From Planctomycetota bacterium (GTDB lineage: Bacteria > Planctomycetota > UBA11346): a stretch of DNA of 36,605 nucleotides. Made by a program: the position numbers and the translations under genes. The stretch is from the NCBI GenBank assembly GCA_038213315.1, contig JBBQTJ010000002.1:1-36605 (forward strand), in the 5' to 3' direction. The notes below the pieces were generated by a model. That model made no database searches and was not told where the DNA came from. It saw only the letters and a list, made by a program, of their open reading frames with translations. Positions 25,711 to 35,395 of the stretch are shown here, piece by piece; position 1 is the stretch's first letter; the number at the start of each line of letters is the position of its first letter.

Positions 25711-26127
25711 TCATGGCAATCTGATCGGTGTGGCGTACCCGGCCCGGTCCACCACCGCGCCCCGTGCTTGCGCCCAGCGATAGATCACCGGGGCATGGGT
25801 CACCAGGACCAGGATGGCGCCCGCGGGAAGATCGGCGGGCAGCGCCGCATTCTCGCTCAGCCACGGGACCACGGTCGGCGCGGGCCGACCAAGGGTTTTG
25901 GCCACGATCTCGGCGGTTTGCCGGCACCGTGCCACCGGCGATGATAGCACCACCACCTGGGCCGCGCTGGCGCTCCAAGTGGCGGCGGCCGCGGTGGCCT
26001 GCGCCCGGCCCGCGTCGGTAAGGCTGCCGTCTGTGCCAGGTTCGCCATGCCGCAAGAGCCAGCATTCCTGAGCGCAGGCGACCCCGGAGACCATCACCAT
26101 GGCCGCTGCCACCTGCGCCAGTTTCAT
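25711..26127 (-). CDS. histidine phosphatase family (SixA-like) protein with predicted signal peptide
   Basis: LLRHGE, LTDAGRAQA, SSPVARCRQTA, LVTHAP; N-terminus MKLAQVAAAMVMVSGVACA. Confidence 0.85.
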   Translation of the reverse strand: MKLAQVAAAMVMVSGVACAQECWLLRHGEPGTDGSLTDAGRAQATAAAATWSASAAQVVVLSSPVARCRQTAEIVAKTLGRPAPTVVPWLSENAALPADLPAGAILVLVTHAPVIYRWAQARGAVVDRAGYATPIRLP

Positions 26128-27449
26128 GCCAGGATCAGCTTCTTAACTTCAGCCACCTTGGCCTCCATCTGCGCCTTGGTGTCGGCTTCCAGGTTCAGGC
26201 GCACCACCGGTTCGGTGTTGGAGGCGCGGACATTGCACCACCAATCGGCGAAGCGCACGGTGACGCCATCCAGTTCGGTGACCTGGGCGCCGGGCATGGC
26301 CTTGATGCGCTGCATCACCACGTTGGCGTCAGCGACTTTGAAGTTCATCTCGCCGCAGTGGTAATACTTCATCAGTGGCTTGATCAGGGAGGACAGGTTG
26401 GGCGCCTCGCTGATGATGTTGGCCAGTAGGATGAAGGCGTAGAGGCCCGAGTCGGCGTTCCAGAAGTCGCGGAAGTAGTAGTGCCCCGACAGTTCCCCAG
26501 CCAGGACCGCGTGCTCGGCTTTCAGGGTCTGCTTGATGTAGCTGTGGCCGACCCGGGTCTCGACCGCGCGGCCGCCCAGGGATTGGATGTATTCCGCCAC
26601 CACCTTGGACGAGCGCAGGTCATAGGCCACCGTCGCGCCCGGTTCCTTGGCGAGGTAGTACTTGGCCAGCAACGCGGTGGTGAAATCGCAGGTGATGATC
26701 GCGCCGGTCTCGTCCACCAGGGCGCAGCGATCGCCGTCGCCGTCGAATCCAGCGCCGAAATCAGCCTTTTCGGCCTTTACGCAGGCGATCAGGTCCTTGA
26801 GATTCTCGGCCTTGAGGGGGTTGGCCTCGTGCACCGGAAAGCGACCATCAGGATCGAAGTAGAGAGGGATCAACTCGACATCGTGTAGCTTGGGCAGCAG
26901 GTGCTGGAATAACGTGCCGATGATGCCATTGCCGCCATCGACCACGATCTTGAGCTTCCGCTTGGGTGCCCACAGTTTCTGCAGGTAGGTGGCGTAGGCG
27001 TCCAGGGTCACGGTCTCGGTGACGGTACCGCCGGGCACTTTGACGATCTTGCAGGCGCGGGCGAGGACTTCGATCTCTTCCATGCCGCTGCCGCCACCGA
27101 TGGGCTTGAAGCCGGGGCCGGTGATCTTGATGCCGCCATAGGCCGCCGGATTGTGGCTGGCGGTGACCTGGATGCCGCCTTCGGTCGACAGGTGGTGCAT
27201 GCTGAACGTAACCGTGGGCGTCGACACCATGCCCACATCGATGACGTGCACGCCGGCGTCCTTCAGGCCCTGGATCACCGCCACCTTGAGCGCGGGGCCG
27301 CTGACGCGCATATCCCGCCCGACGACGTACTTCTTGCCAGCCAGGCCCAGGACCTGCGCCGTGGCATTGCCAATCTGGTAGGCCAGAGACTCGTTCAACT
27401 CCTGGGGGTAGAGGCCACGGATGTCATAGGCTTTGAAGGGATCGGGCAT
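26124..27449 (-). CDS. manB: phosphomannomutase / phosphoglucomutase
   Basis: FKAYDIRG, TASHNP, FDGDGDR, GELSGHYYF, VRASNTEP; start moved to ATG 27449. Confidence 0.92.
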   Translation of the reverse strand: MPDPFKAYDIRGLYPQELNESLAYQIGNATAQVLGLAGKKYVVGRDMRVSGPALKVAVIQGLKDAGVHVIDVGMVSTPTVTFSMHHLSTEGGIQVTASHNPAAYGGIKITGPGFKPIGGGSGMEEIEVLARACKIVKVPGGTVTETVTLDAYATYLQKLWAPKRKLKIVVDGGNGIIGTLFQHLLPKLHDVELIPLYFDPDGRFPVHEANPLKAENLKDLIACVKAEKADFGAGFDGDGDRCALVDETGAIITCDFTTALLAKYYLAKEPGATVAYDLRSSKVVAEYIQSLGGRAVETRVGHSYIKQTLKAEHAVLAGELSGHYYFRDFWNADSGLYAFILLANIISEAPNLSSLIKPLMKYYHCGEMNFKVADANVVMQRIKAMPGAQVTELDGVTVRFADWWCNVRASNTEPVVRLNLEADTKAQMEAKVAEVKKLILA

Positions 27450-27540
27450 GGGGGGCTCGGCAGGGGTTCGTGGTGCGGGCCGCACCCTAAGCGGCGCCCT
27501 GGCCGCCTCCAGAGCGCGGTCCCGCCCAGCGGCCTTGCCT

Positions 27541-27625
27541 CCCGCCCCGCCACCTGATCATCCGCCCCTCCACCAGATCGCCGTCCCCGGTCGACCATCG
27601 ATCGCCGACCGTCGACCGTCGACCC
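27541..27625. repeat. 20-bp direct repeat pair plus five tandem heptamers (TCGACCG-like)
   Basis: cccgccccgccacctgatca / tccgcccctccaccagatcg (27541-27580), then TCGACCA TCGATCG CCGACCG TCGACCG TCGACCC (27591-27625). Confidence 0.8.
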
Positions 27626-27634
27626 CCATCCGCC

Positions 27635-30496
27635 ATGCCCACCTTTCGCCTCGATGTCCTGCCCCTGGTTCCCGGCCCTGATCAGCACTTGGCGCATGAA
27701 GCGGCCTTGTTGGGCCTGCGCTTCGGCGAACTGCGGCGCAGCCGCTACTATCTGCTGCAAGGTGCCACGCTGGACCTGGCCCAGGCCCGGCTGGTCGGGA
27801 CGCGGCTGCTCTCCGATCCGTTGATCGAACAGGCCGAGCAGACCCCGCCACCGAGCAATGGCCGGCGGGTGATCGAGGTGCAGCGCAAGACTGGGGTCAT
27901 GGACCCGGTCGAGGCCTCGGTGATCAAGGGTGCGGTAGATCTTGGTGTTAAGCTGGACATGGTGCGCATCGGCCTGCGCGTCGAGGTCACCGGGGGCAGC
28001 GCCGACGATGCGGCGAAGCTGGCGTGGAAGGCCTTGGCGAATCAGGCCATCGAAGAGGTCGCCATCGACCCGGTAGAGCCGGTGCGCATGAAAGTGCCCG
28101 GCGGCACGCCCCATCACGTGCGCACCGAGGTGCCGCTGCTGACCCTGGACGACGCCGGCCTGATGCGCGTCAGCAAAGACGGCACGCTGTCGCTGACCCT
28201 GGAGGAGATGCAGACCATCCAGGCGCATTTCCGCGCCCTGGGCCGCAATCCCACCGACATTGAACTGGAATCCCTGGCCCAGACCTGGTCCGAGCACTGT
28301 GTGCACAAGACCCTCAAGGGGCTGGTGGAATACCGCGGCCCCGATGGCCAGGTGAAGATCTACGACAACTTGCTGAAGCAGACCATCGCCAAGGCGACCA
28401 AGGATCTGGACCGGCCCTGGTGCCTGTCGGTCTTCGTCGATAACAGCGGCGTGATCGAGTTCGACGAGGCCAACGGCGTCTGCATCAAGGTGGAGACCCA
28501 TAACCGTCCGTCCGCCATCGAGCCCTACGGCGGTGCCAACACCGGCCTGGGCGGGGTGATCCGCGACGTCATCGGCACCGGCAATGGCGCCAAGCCGATC
28601 TTCAACACCGATGTCTTCTGCTTCGGCGAACTTGATGCCGACCCCGCCACCCTGCCGCCCGGCACCATCCACCCCCGCCGCCTGATGAAGGGCGTGGTCT
28701 CGGGTGTGCGCGACTACGGCAACCGTATGGGCATTCCCACGGTCAACGGGGCCATCCGCTTTGATCCGCGTTTCGTCGGCAATCCCCTGGTGTTCTGCGG
28801 CACCGCCGGCCTGATCCCCAAGCAGCACATCGCCAAGGCCGCCCGGCCCGGCGACCATCTGCTGTGCCTGGGTGGCCGCACTGGCCGCGACGGCATCCAC
28901 GGCGCGACCTTCAGCTCGGTGGAGTTGTCCGACAAAAGCGAAGTGGTGTCCTCGGGCGCGGTGCAAATCGGCAATGCCATCGAAGAGAAACGGGTGATGG
29001 ACTGCCTGCTGCAAGCCCGTGACGAGCATCTGTTCACCGCCGTCACCGACTGCGGTGCCGGCGGCCTGTCGTCGGCCTGCGGCGAAATGGCCGCCGAGCA
29101 TGGCGCGCGCATCCACCTTGACCGCATCCCGGTGAAGTACGCGGGTCTCAGCTGCACCGAAGTATGGATCAGCGAAAGCCAGGAGCGCATGGTGGTGGCG
29201 GTCGCGCCCAAGGATGTGCCTCGGGTCAACGCGATCTTCGCGGCCGAGGACGTGGACTGCACCGATCTGGGCGAGGTCACCGACACCGGCCGGCTGGAGT
29301 TGCTGTGGCACGGCACCCTGATGGGCGACCTGGCCATGGCCTTCCTGCACGATGGCGTGCCCCGCTCGAAGCGGCCAGCCGTCTTCACCGCACCCGTGCA
29401 GAGCGACGCCGTCCTGCCCGCGGTGAGCGACTGCACCGACTTGCTCACGCGCATGTTGGCCCGGCCCAACATCTCCAGCAAGGAATGGGTCATCCGCCAG
29501 TACGACCACGAGGTCCAGGCCGGCTCGATCATCAAGCCGCTGGTGGGCGTGACGCACGACGGCCCCAGCGACGCAGCGGTGGTCGCCCCGATCCCCGGCA
29601 ACGACCGGGGCGTAGCGATCAGTTGCGGCCTCAACAACCGGGTCAGCGATGTGGATGCCTATTGGGCCACCGCGATGAACATCGAAGAGGCGCTGCGCAA
29701 TCTGGTCTGCGTGGGCGCACCGATCAGCCAGGTTGCCATCCTGGACAACTTCAGCTGGGCGAAGTGCACCGATCCTGCCGTCTTCGGCGCCTTGGTACGG
29801 GCCTGCGAGGCCTGCTACGATTTCGCCATGTACTACGGGACGCCTTTCGTCTCGGGCAAGGACTCGCTGTCCAATGAGTTCACCTTTGAGGGCAAGGTCA
29901 TCAAGATCCCCCACACCCTGCTGATCACCGCCATGACGGTGGTGCCGGATGTGAAGCAGTCATTGACCATGGACCTCAAGCGCGTTGGCGATGTGGTCAT
30001 CATGGTGGGTCTGACCCGCAATGAATTGGGGTGCAGCGAATACTTGGATCTGTTGGGCGTCAGCGGTGGGCTGATCCCCACGGTGGATCGTGCCCTGTCG
30101 AAGCCGGTCCTGGACGCCGTGGCGGCCTGTACCGCGGCGGGCTTGGTCAACGCGGCCCACGATGTCAGCGAGGGCGGCCTGGGCGTGAGCCTGGCCGAGA
30201 TGGCCTTCGCGGGCGGGCTTGGCCTGGTGGTGGATGCCAGCCTGGTTCCCCGTCAGGATATCAGCACCCTTGATCGGTTGCTGTTCAGTGAAAGCGCCAG
30301 CCGCATCGTCATCACCGTGCCGCCGGGCAAGGTGGCGGCCGCACAGGCCCTGTTGGCCAAGGTCCCTCATGCGGTGATCGGCGACGTCGTCGCCAGTCCG
30401 ACGGTCACCATCAGCGGACTGGGCGGCACGGTCGTGGCGGACAACGCAGTGCTCAAGGCCTCGTGGCAGCGTTATCTTGCGGTGATGGCGGGCTAA
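27635..30496 (+). CDS. purL: phosphoribosylformylglycinamidine synthase PurL with N-terminal PurS-like extension and no glutaminase domain
   Basis: QTWSEHCVHK, KVETHNRPSAIEPYGGA, TGRDGIHGA, DCGAGGL, SESQERM, QYDHEVQ, SGKDSL, HDVSEGGL; N-terminal LLSDPLIE and GVMDPVE. Confidence 0.96.
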   Translation: MPTFRLDVLPLVPGPDQHLAHEAALLGLRFGELRRSRYYLLQGATLDLAQARLVGTRLLSDPLIEQAEQTPPPSNGRRVIEVQRKTGVMDPVEASVIKGAVDLGVKLDMVRIGLRVEVTGGSADDAAKLAWKALANQAIEEVAIDPVEPVRMKVPGGTPHHVRTEVPLLTLDDAGLMRVSKDGTLSLTLEEMQTIQAHFRALGRNPTDIELESLAQTWSEHCVHKTLKGLVEYRGPDGQVKIYDNLLKQTIAKATKDLDRPWCLSVFVDNSGVIEFDEANGVCIKVETHNRPSAIEPYGGANTGLGGVIRDVIGTGNGAKPIFNTDVFCFGELDADPATLPPGTIHPRRLMKGVVSGVRDYGNRMGIPTVNGAIRFDPRFVGNPLVFCGTAGLIPKQHIAKAARPGDHLLCLGGRTGRDGIHGATFSSVELSDKSEVVSSGAVQIGNAIEEKRVMDCLLQARDEHLFTAVTDCGAGGLSSACGEMAAEHGARIHLDRIPVKYAGLSCTEVWISESQERMVVAVAPKDVPRVNAIFAAEDVDCTDLGEVTDTGRLELLWHGTLMGDLAMAFLHDGVPRSKRPAVFTAPVQSDAVLPAVSDCTDLLTRMLARPNISSKEWVIRQYDHEVQAGSIIKPLVGVTHDGPSDAAVVAPIPGNDRGVAISCGLNNRVSDVDAYWATAMNIEEALRNLVCVGAPISQVAILDNFSWAKCTDPAVFGALVRACEACYDFAMYYGTPFVSGKDSLSNEFTFEGKVIKIPHTLLITAMTVVPDVKQSLTMDLKRVGDVVIMVGLTRNELGCSEYLDLLGVSGGLIPTVDRALSKPVLDAVAACTAAGLVNAAHDVSEGGLGVSLAEMAFAGGLGLVVDASLVPRQDISTLDRLLFSESASRIVITVPPGKVAAAQALLAKVPHAVIGDVVASPTVTISGLGGTVVADNAVLKASWQRYLAVMAG

Positions 30497-30544
30497 AGCC
30501 GCAGCATTGCGGTGGCGGGTGGTCTGATAGGCTCCCGCTCCCGC

Positions 30545-32041
30545 ATGCATCCCGCTCTCAGCTTCGCTCTCGGCCTCGGCCTCCTCGGCGTCAATTTCTT
30601 TTTCGTCCTGGCCGAATTCGCCCTGGTCCGCCTGCGCGCGAGCCGCGTCAGCGAATTGATCGATGCCGGCGATCGCCGGGCCATCATCATCCAACGCATC
30701 CAGGCCCACATGGATGTGTACCTCTCGGTAGTCCAGGTGGGCATCACCGGGGCCACGCTCGGCATCGGCGTGCTGATCGAGGACAGCATCGCCACGCCGA
30801 TCGCCAACCTGTTCGGTGTCGCTGGTTCCATGGGCGAGGTGATGGGGCACATCATCGGGTTCCTGGTCGCCACCTACCTGGTGGTCACCACCAGCGAGCT
30901 GCTGCCCAAGGCGTTGGCCCTCCGCTATCCCGAGCAGGTCTCTCTGTGGTGCGCCCGCCCGATGGTGTGGTGTCGCAATGCCCTCTACCCGTTGCTGTGG
31001 CTGCTGACCCGGTCAGCCATGGTCTTGCTCTCGATGCTCCGCTTGCAGCGCAGCACCGATGACGCGGCGCACAGCGAAGACGAGTTGCGCATCATCCTGA
31101 ACGAGAGCCAGACCACCGGGGTGATGTCGTTCCGCCGCCTGCTGTTCATGGAGAACATCTTTGAACTGGGCGAACTGAAGGTGCGGGACGCGATGCGCGT
31201 CAAGGCCAGCGTGAAGGTACTGGTGACCGACCAGCCGTGGGACGATTCCTTGCAGATCATGCGCACGGCGCGCTATTCCCGCTATCCGGTGCTACGCCAC
31301 GCCGACGACCTTCTGCCCCTGGGCGTGGTCCACATCAAGGATGTGCTGCTGGCCGGCCATGAGCGCAATGATCTGGCTGGCTTGGTCCGTCCCTACCTGA
31401 CCACCACCGAGCAGTCTCCGCTGGAGTCCCTGCTGTCCGAGATGCAGCGTCGACGCATCCACGTCGCCATCGTGACCAATGCCGCGGGTACCTGGACCGG
31501 CTTCATCACTATGGAGGACATCATCGAGGAGATCATCGGCACGGTCGAAGACGAGTTCGCCGGCGAGCCGCCGATCACGCTGGCGGACGTGCTGACCCCC
31601 GGACGCATCCAGTTGGGAATTGAAGCCGATCATCTGCGCGTGGCTCTGGATCTGGCCTTGCAGCGCCTCCCCAGCGATGACCTGCCCATCGACAAGGCCA
31701 GCACCATCCGCGCCGTGCTCGACCGCGAAAAGCTGGCCGGCACCTACATGGGCAAGGGCTTGGCCCTGCCTCACGCGCGTCTTCCTGGCCTGCCCAACCC
31801 CGTCCTGGTGGTGATCCGCAGCGAATTCGGCATCCCCGTCGAGGGCACCACGGACAAGGCGTATCTGCTGTTCCTGCTGCTGACCCCGGCGGGTATGCCG
31901 CGCATGCACCAACGCCTGCAGGCCCGCATTGCCGGCCTGATCGAAAACAGCAGCTTCGTGGTTGATCGCATCCGCGAGGCGCCCACCGCCCTGGAAGTCT
32001 TGGAGGTCATCCGCACCGGCGAACAGGCGGCACTGGATTAG
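30545..32041 (+). CDS. CNNM/DUF21 plus CBS-pair (hemolysin-family/CorB-like) membrane protein fused to a PTS EIIA-2 domain
   Basis: NFFFVLAEFALV, QVGIT, ELLPK, YSRYPV, GFITMEDIIEEIIG; C-terminal VLDREKLAGTYMGKGLALPHAR. Confidence 0.9.
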   Translation: MHPALSFALGLGLLGVNFFFVLAEFALVRLRASRVSELIDAGDRRAIIIQRIQAHMDVYLSVVQVGITGATLGIGVLIEDSIATPIANLFGVAGSMGEVMGHIIGFLVATYLVVTTSELLPKALALRYPEQVSLWCARPMVWCRNALYPLLWLLTRSAMVLLSMLRLQRSTDDAAHSEDELRIILNESQTTGVMSFRRLLFMENIFELGELKVRDAMRVKASVKVLVTDQPWDDSLQIMRTARYSRYPVLRHADDLLPLGVVHIKDVLLAGHERNDLAGLVRPYLTTTEQSPLESLLSEMQRRRIHVAIVTNAAGTWTGFITMEDIIEEIIGTVEDEFAGEPPITLADVLTPGRIQLGIEADHLRVALDLALQRLPSDDLPIDKASTIRAVLDREKLAGTYMGKGLALPHARLPGLPNPVLVVIRSEFGIPVEGTTDKAYLLFLLLTPAGMPRMHQRLQARIAGLIENSSFVVDRIREAPTALEVLEVIRTGEQAALD

Positions 32042-32117
32042 GCCTGAACCGCTCGCATGGCAACGGTCACCCTGTCCCCTTGGTGCACCAGGGGATGTTG
32101 CCATGATCTGTTCGCCG

Positions 32118-32771
32118 ATGACCGACCTTCCGATCCAGCCGCCGCTCACCCGTTTCGTCCAGGCCTTCGGGTCGTTCATCCTGCATGCTTGGCTCGGCTG
32201 GGGCTTCCGCATCCGCATCCGGCGGCAGCGGGCGATCACCGACGATCCGGTGGTCTACGCCTGCAACCATCGCAGCTTCGCCGATCCGCCGGTGGTCGGG
32301 ATGTGTTCTCGTCGACCGATCAGCTATTTCGCCCGGGAATCCCTGTGGCGCGTACCCATCATCCGGGAAGCCCTGCTGATCATGCAGGGCATCCCGGTGG
32401 ATCGGGTCAATCCTGGCATGTCCAGCATGAAAGGGGCGATCGCGCGCCTACGTGGTGGCACCAGTGTGTTGATCTTCCCCGAAGGGACGCGCACCCGCAG
32501 TGGCCGCCTGGGTCCCTTGCTGACCGGGCCGGCGATGATCGCCAGGCGTGCCGGCGTGCCCGTGGTCCCGATCTATGTCCATCGCACCGAAGCGTGCTGG
32601 CCGATCGGTTCCCTGGTGCCACGCCTGTGCGGACCGCGGGTGCAGGTCCGCTTCGGCCCGGCCTTGCGGCCCGAGCCCGGCCTGGATCCACGCCAGCAGG
32701 ACGAACTCACCACCCGACGTCTGTCGGTGTGGATGCACCAACAGGAACGTGAGCTGCAGCCAAGGCGCTGA
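32118..32771 (+). CDS. plsC: 1-acyl-sn-glycerol-3-phosphate acyltransferase
   Basis: NHRSFADP, IPVDR, IFPEGTR, VPVVP; start could be 32103. Confidence 0.88.
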   Translation: MTDLPIQPPLTRFVQAFGSFILHAWLGWGFRIRIRRQRAITDDPVVYACNHRSFADPPVVGMCSRRPISYFARESLWRVPIIREALLIMQGIPVDRVNPGMSSMKGAIARLRGGTSVLIFPEGTRTRSGRLGPLLTGPAMIARRAGVPVVPIYVHRTEACWPIGSLVPRLCGPRVQVRFGPALRPEPGLDPRQQDELTTRRLSVWMHQQERELQPRR

Positions 32772-32822
32772 GCGCACGTGCTGCCTCTGGCACCGGCGGC
32801 GCGGCCCTGACACTTCCGCCCC

Positions 32823-34412
32823 ATGCCGAAACCTTGGGAACCAGCCGACCCTGACGCCTCGCACGCCAAGGCCATCAACTGGCTGCACACCTTTTGCGAG
32901 AACTGGCTGTTCGCTTTCATCGTCGCGATGGGCATCCGGCATTTCTGCCTTGAAGCCTTCCAGATCCCCACCGCCTCGATGGAGCCGATGCTGTACGGCG
33001 ATCCGGGTTGGATGAAGCGGGACAATGTGGTGGTGGACAAGCTTTTTTCGCGGTTTTCCGGGGTTGATCGCTGGGACGTCACGGTGTTCCAGTTCCCGCT
33101 GCCCGAGGTGGAATCGTCGAAGGGCGAGCGGGCACGACCAGCGATCGCTTCCAATGGCGATCGCCTTGACCGCCTCTTCACCCGGCCCCTGCTGTACGCC
33201 AATTTTGTCAAACGGGCCGTGGGTCTGCCGGGCGACACGTTCTACGTCGCCGGCGGTGACATCTTCCTGAAGGGCGTGGACGGTGGTTTCGCCCCGGCAC
33301 AGAAACCGGTCAAGGTGCAAGCGGCGCTATGGATGCCCATCTACCGGGCCGGCGCCCAGGCCGGTTACCTGCCCTGGGAAGGCAGCAGCGGGGCCGGCGT
33401 CCAGGCCAAGGCCGAGACCCTGTCATTCGCCATGAACAGTGGCGAGGTGCGCTTCACCCAACCCCTGCGCAACCTGTACCTGAAACCCGGCCCCGTGCGC
33501 GTCGCGGTGCTGGGCGACCGGGGTGCCGGTGAGATCGTCGAAGCCGGCATGCTCACCCCGCAATTCAGCTATGATGGCCGCACCGGTAGCATCTGGGACC
33601 TGGACCAGTGGCAACTACGCCGCCACACCAGCGCCGATCTCGACAGCGCGAGCCACGGGCGCGACATGAATGCGGTCATGGATGAGTGGGTCGCTGATGT
33701 GCGCATCACCGCCACGGTGACGGCCCTGACCGGCAGCGTATCCGGCATGCTGCGGCTGGGCTCGGCCCTCGAACTGGCCCTGGTGCTGGAACCGACGGGT
33801 TGGCGGCTTGAGGGCCCAAATGGCCGCCTCGCTGGCGGCACCCAAGCCATCGTCGGCAGCACCGTCAGCCTGGCCCACCTGGATGGGATGGCCCTGGTCA
33901 CCATCGCTGGCATCGAGGTCTTCCGCGGCAGTCTCCCCTGGGCTGATCCCAACAGCAACCGTCCGACCGTCCTGTGGCGAGGTCCCGGAACGGCCACCTT
34001 GTCAGGCCTGACCATAGACCGGGACGTGCATTACACCGCCCGCGGCTTCCTGAAGGATGAGGGCGCGGAGACGAAAAGGGCTCAGGCCGAGGTCAGTGCA
34101 GCCCTGAGTAATCCTGCCGTGGCTGCCGAGGACCTGGATGGCGTCCAACGCCAGTTTGACCTCTATGCCAAGGTCCGCGCCCAACTGCTGGGCAAGGCCC
34201 CAGCCGAACTGCGCAATACGCAGCGTACCGGCGCCCTGGCCTCCAGCGCCACCACCGCCGTCACCATCCCCCAAGGCAACTACCTGCTGATGGGCGACAA
34301 CAGCCCCTTCAGTTGGGATGGACGGAATTGGGGTTTGGTGCCGGCCGAAAACATCCGCGGCGAAGCCCTGGCGGTATTCTTCCCGCCGTGGCGCTGGCGG
34401 GTGGTCAGATAG
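32823..34412 (+). CDS. lepB: signal peptidase I with large beta-rich insertion
   Basis: IPTASMEPML (Ser), FVKRAVGLPGD (Lys), MGDNSPFSWDGRNWGLVP. Confidence 0.93.
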   Translation: MPKPWEPADPDASHAKAINWLHTFCENWLFAFIVAMGIRHFCLEAFQIPTASMEPMLYGDPGWMKRDNVVVDKLFSRFSGVDRWDVTVFQFPLPEVESSKGERARPAIASNGDRLDRLFTRPLLYANFVKRAVGLPGDTFYVAGGDIFLKGVDGGFAPAQKPVKVQAALWMPIYRAGAQAGYLPWEGSSGAGVQAKAETLSFAMNSGEVRFTQPLRNLYLKPGPVRVAVLGDRGAGEIVEAGMLTPQFSYDGRTGSIWDLDQWQLRRHTSADLDSASHGRDMNAVMDEWVADVRITATVTALTGSVSGMLRLGSALELALVLEPTGWRLEGPNGRLAGGTQAIVGSTVSLAHLDGMALVTIAGIEVFRGSLPWADPNSNRPTVLWRGPGTATLSGLTIDRDVHYTARGFLKDEGAETKRAQAEVSAALSNPAVAAEDLDGVQRQFDLYAKVRAQLLGKAPAELRNTQRTGALASSATTAVTIPQGNYLLMGDNSPFSWDGRNWGLVPAENIRGEALAVFFPPWRWRVVR

Positions 34413-34657
34413 GGGTTTCCGATGGTGGTCAAGCTCCAGTCAGACCGGCCTTTTCCCCAGGTTTTCCACCTTGGCCTTGCTGACGTCACAGGCCGGCACC
34501 GCCCTGCGGCAGCGCTAAGCAGTGGCCATTCCAGGCTTGCTTTTCTTCTTAAAACGACGCTATTTCCCGCATCTTTACCTTCCAGCGATGTGTCAAGATG
34601 CGATCAAGACGGGATGAAGCAGATGCAAATGCCCGTTCAGCCCCGGAGTTTTCCACA

Positions 34658-35395
34658 GTGACCCTCTTCCGCGTCGATCGACTCACCAAGACGTTCGGCA
34701 GCCGCACGGTGGTGGCCGGGGTTTCCCTCGAAGTCGCCCCCGGCGAGATCGTCGGACTGCTGGGGGCGAACGGCGCCGGAAAAAGCACCACCTTCCGCAT
34801 GGTGGTGGGCTTGCTGGCGGCGGATGCCGGACGCATCGAATTTCGTGGCCAGGATATCACCCACCTGCCGATGTATGCCCGCGCCCGCCTGGGGATGGGC
34901 TATCTGGCCCAAGAACCGACCGTCTTCACCCAGTTGAGTGTGGCCGACAATATCCGCATCATTCTGGAGCAGCACCACCCGCGCAGCGAGCACGACCAGC
35001 GCCTGAGCGCCCTGTTGGGTGAGCTCAATCTCACTCATCTGCGCGACAGCCTCGCCGCGGGTCTGTCTGGCGGCGAGCGCCGTCGCCTTGAAATCACCCG
35101 CGCCCTGGTGGTCGAACCCAGGCTGCTGTTCTTCGACGAGCCCTTCGCTGGTGTCGACCCCAAAAGCCGCGGCGACATCATTTCGATCGTGCGCACCCTG
35201 CGCGAGCGCGGCGTTTCCGTGCTGATCACCGATCACAACGCCGAAGCCATCCTGGGTCTGGTCGACCGCCTGTATGTGATCCAGTCGGGCAGCAATCTGG
35301 CCGCCGGCACCCCGGCAGAGGTCATCGCCAATCCGGCGGTGCGGCAAGCCTATCTGGGTGAGGACTTCGTCATGCCGACCGCCTTCCCGTCATGA
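34658..35395 (+). CDS. lptB: LPS export ABC transporter ATP-binding protein
   Basis: GANGAGKST, LPMYARARLGMGYLAQEPTVF, LSGGERRRLEI, DEPFAGVDP, ITDHN, VRQAYLGEDF; GTG start 34658. Confidence 0.93.
   Translation: MTLFRVDRLTKTFGSRTVVAGVSLEVAPGEIVGLLGANGAGKSTTFRMVVGLLAADAGRIEFRGQDITHLPMYARARLGMGYLAQEPTVFTQLSVADNIRIILEQHHPRSEHDQRLSALLGELNLTHLRDSLAAGLSGGERRRLEITRALVVEPRLLFFDEPFAGVDPKSRGDIISIVRTLRERGVSVLITDHNAEAILGLVDRLYVIQSGSNLAAGTPAEVIANPAVRQAYLGEDFVMPTAFPS

Noticed and set aside
27541-27625. CRISPR array
   Set aside because: Repeats are short, adjacent and lack unique spacers; no cas genes.
27395-29914. 839-aa minus-strand ORF
   Set aside because: Antisense shadow of purL, expected from high-GC codon bias; no motifs.
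34413-34657. ncRNA or sigma54 promoter between lepB and lptB
   Set aside because: No recognisable RNA fold, and the GG-to-GC spacing in TGGC...TTGC is 13 nt rather than 10.
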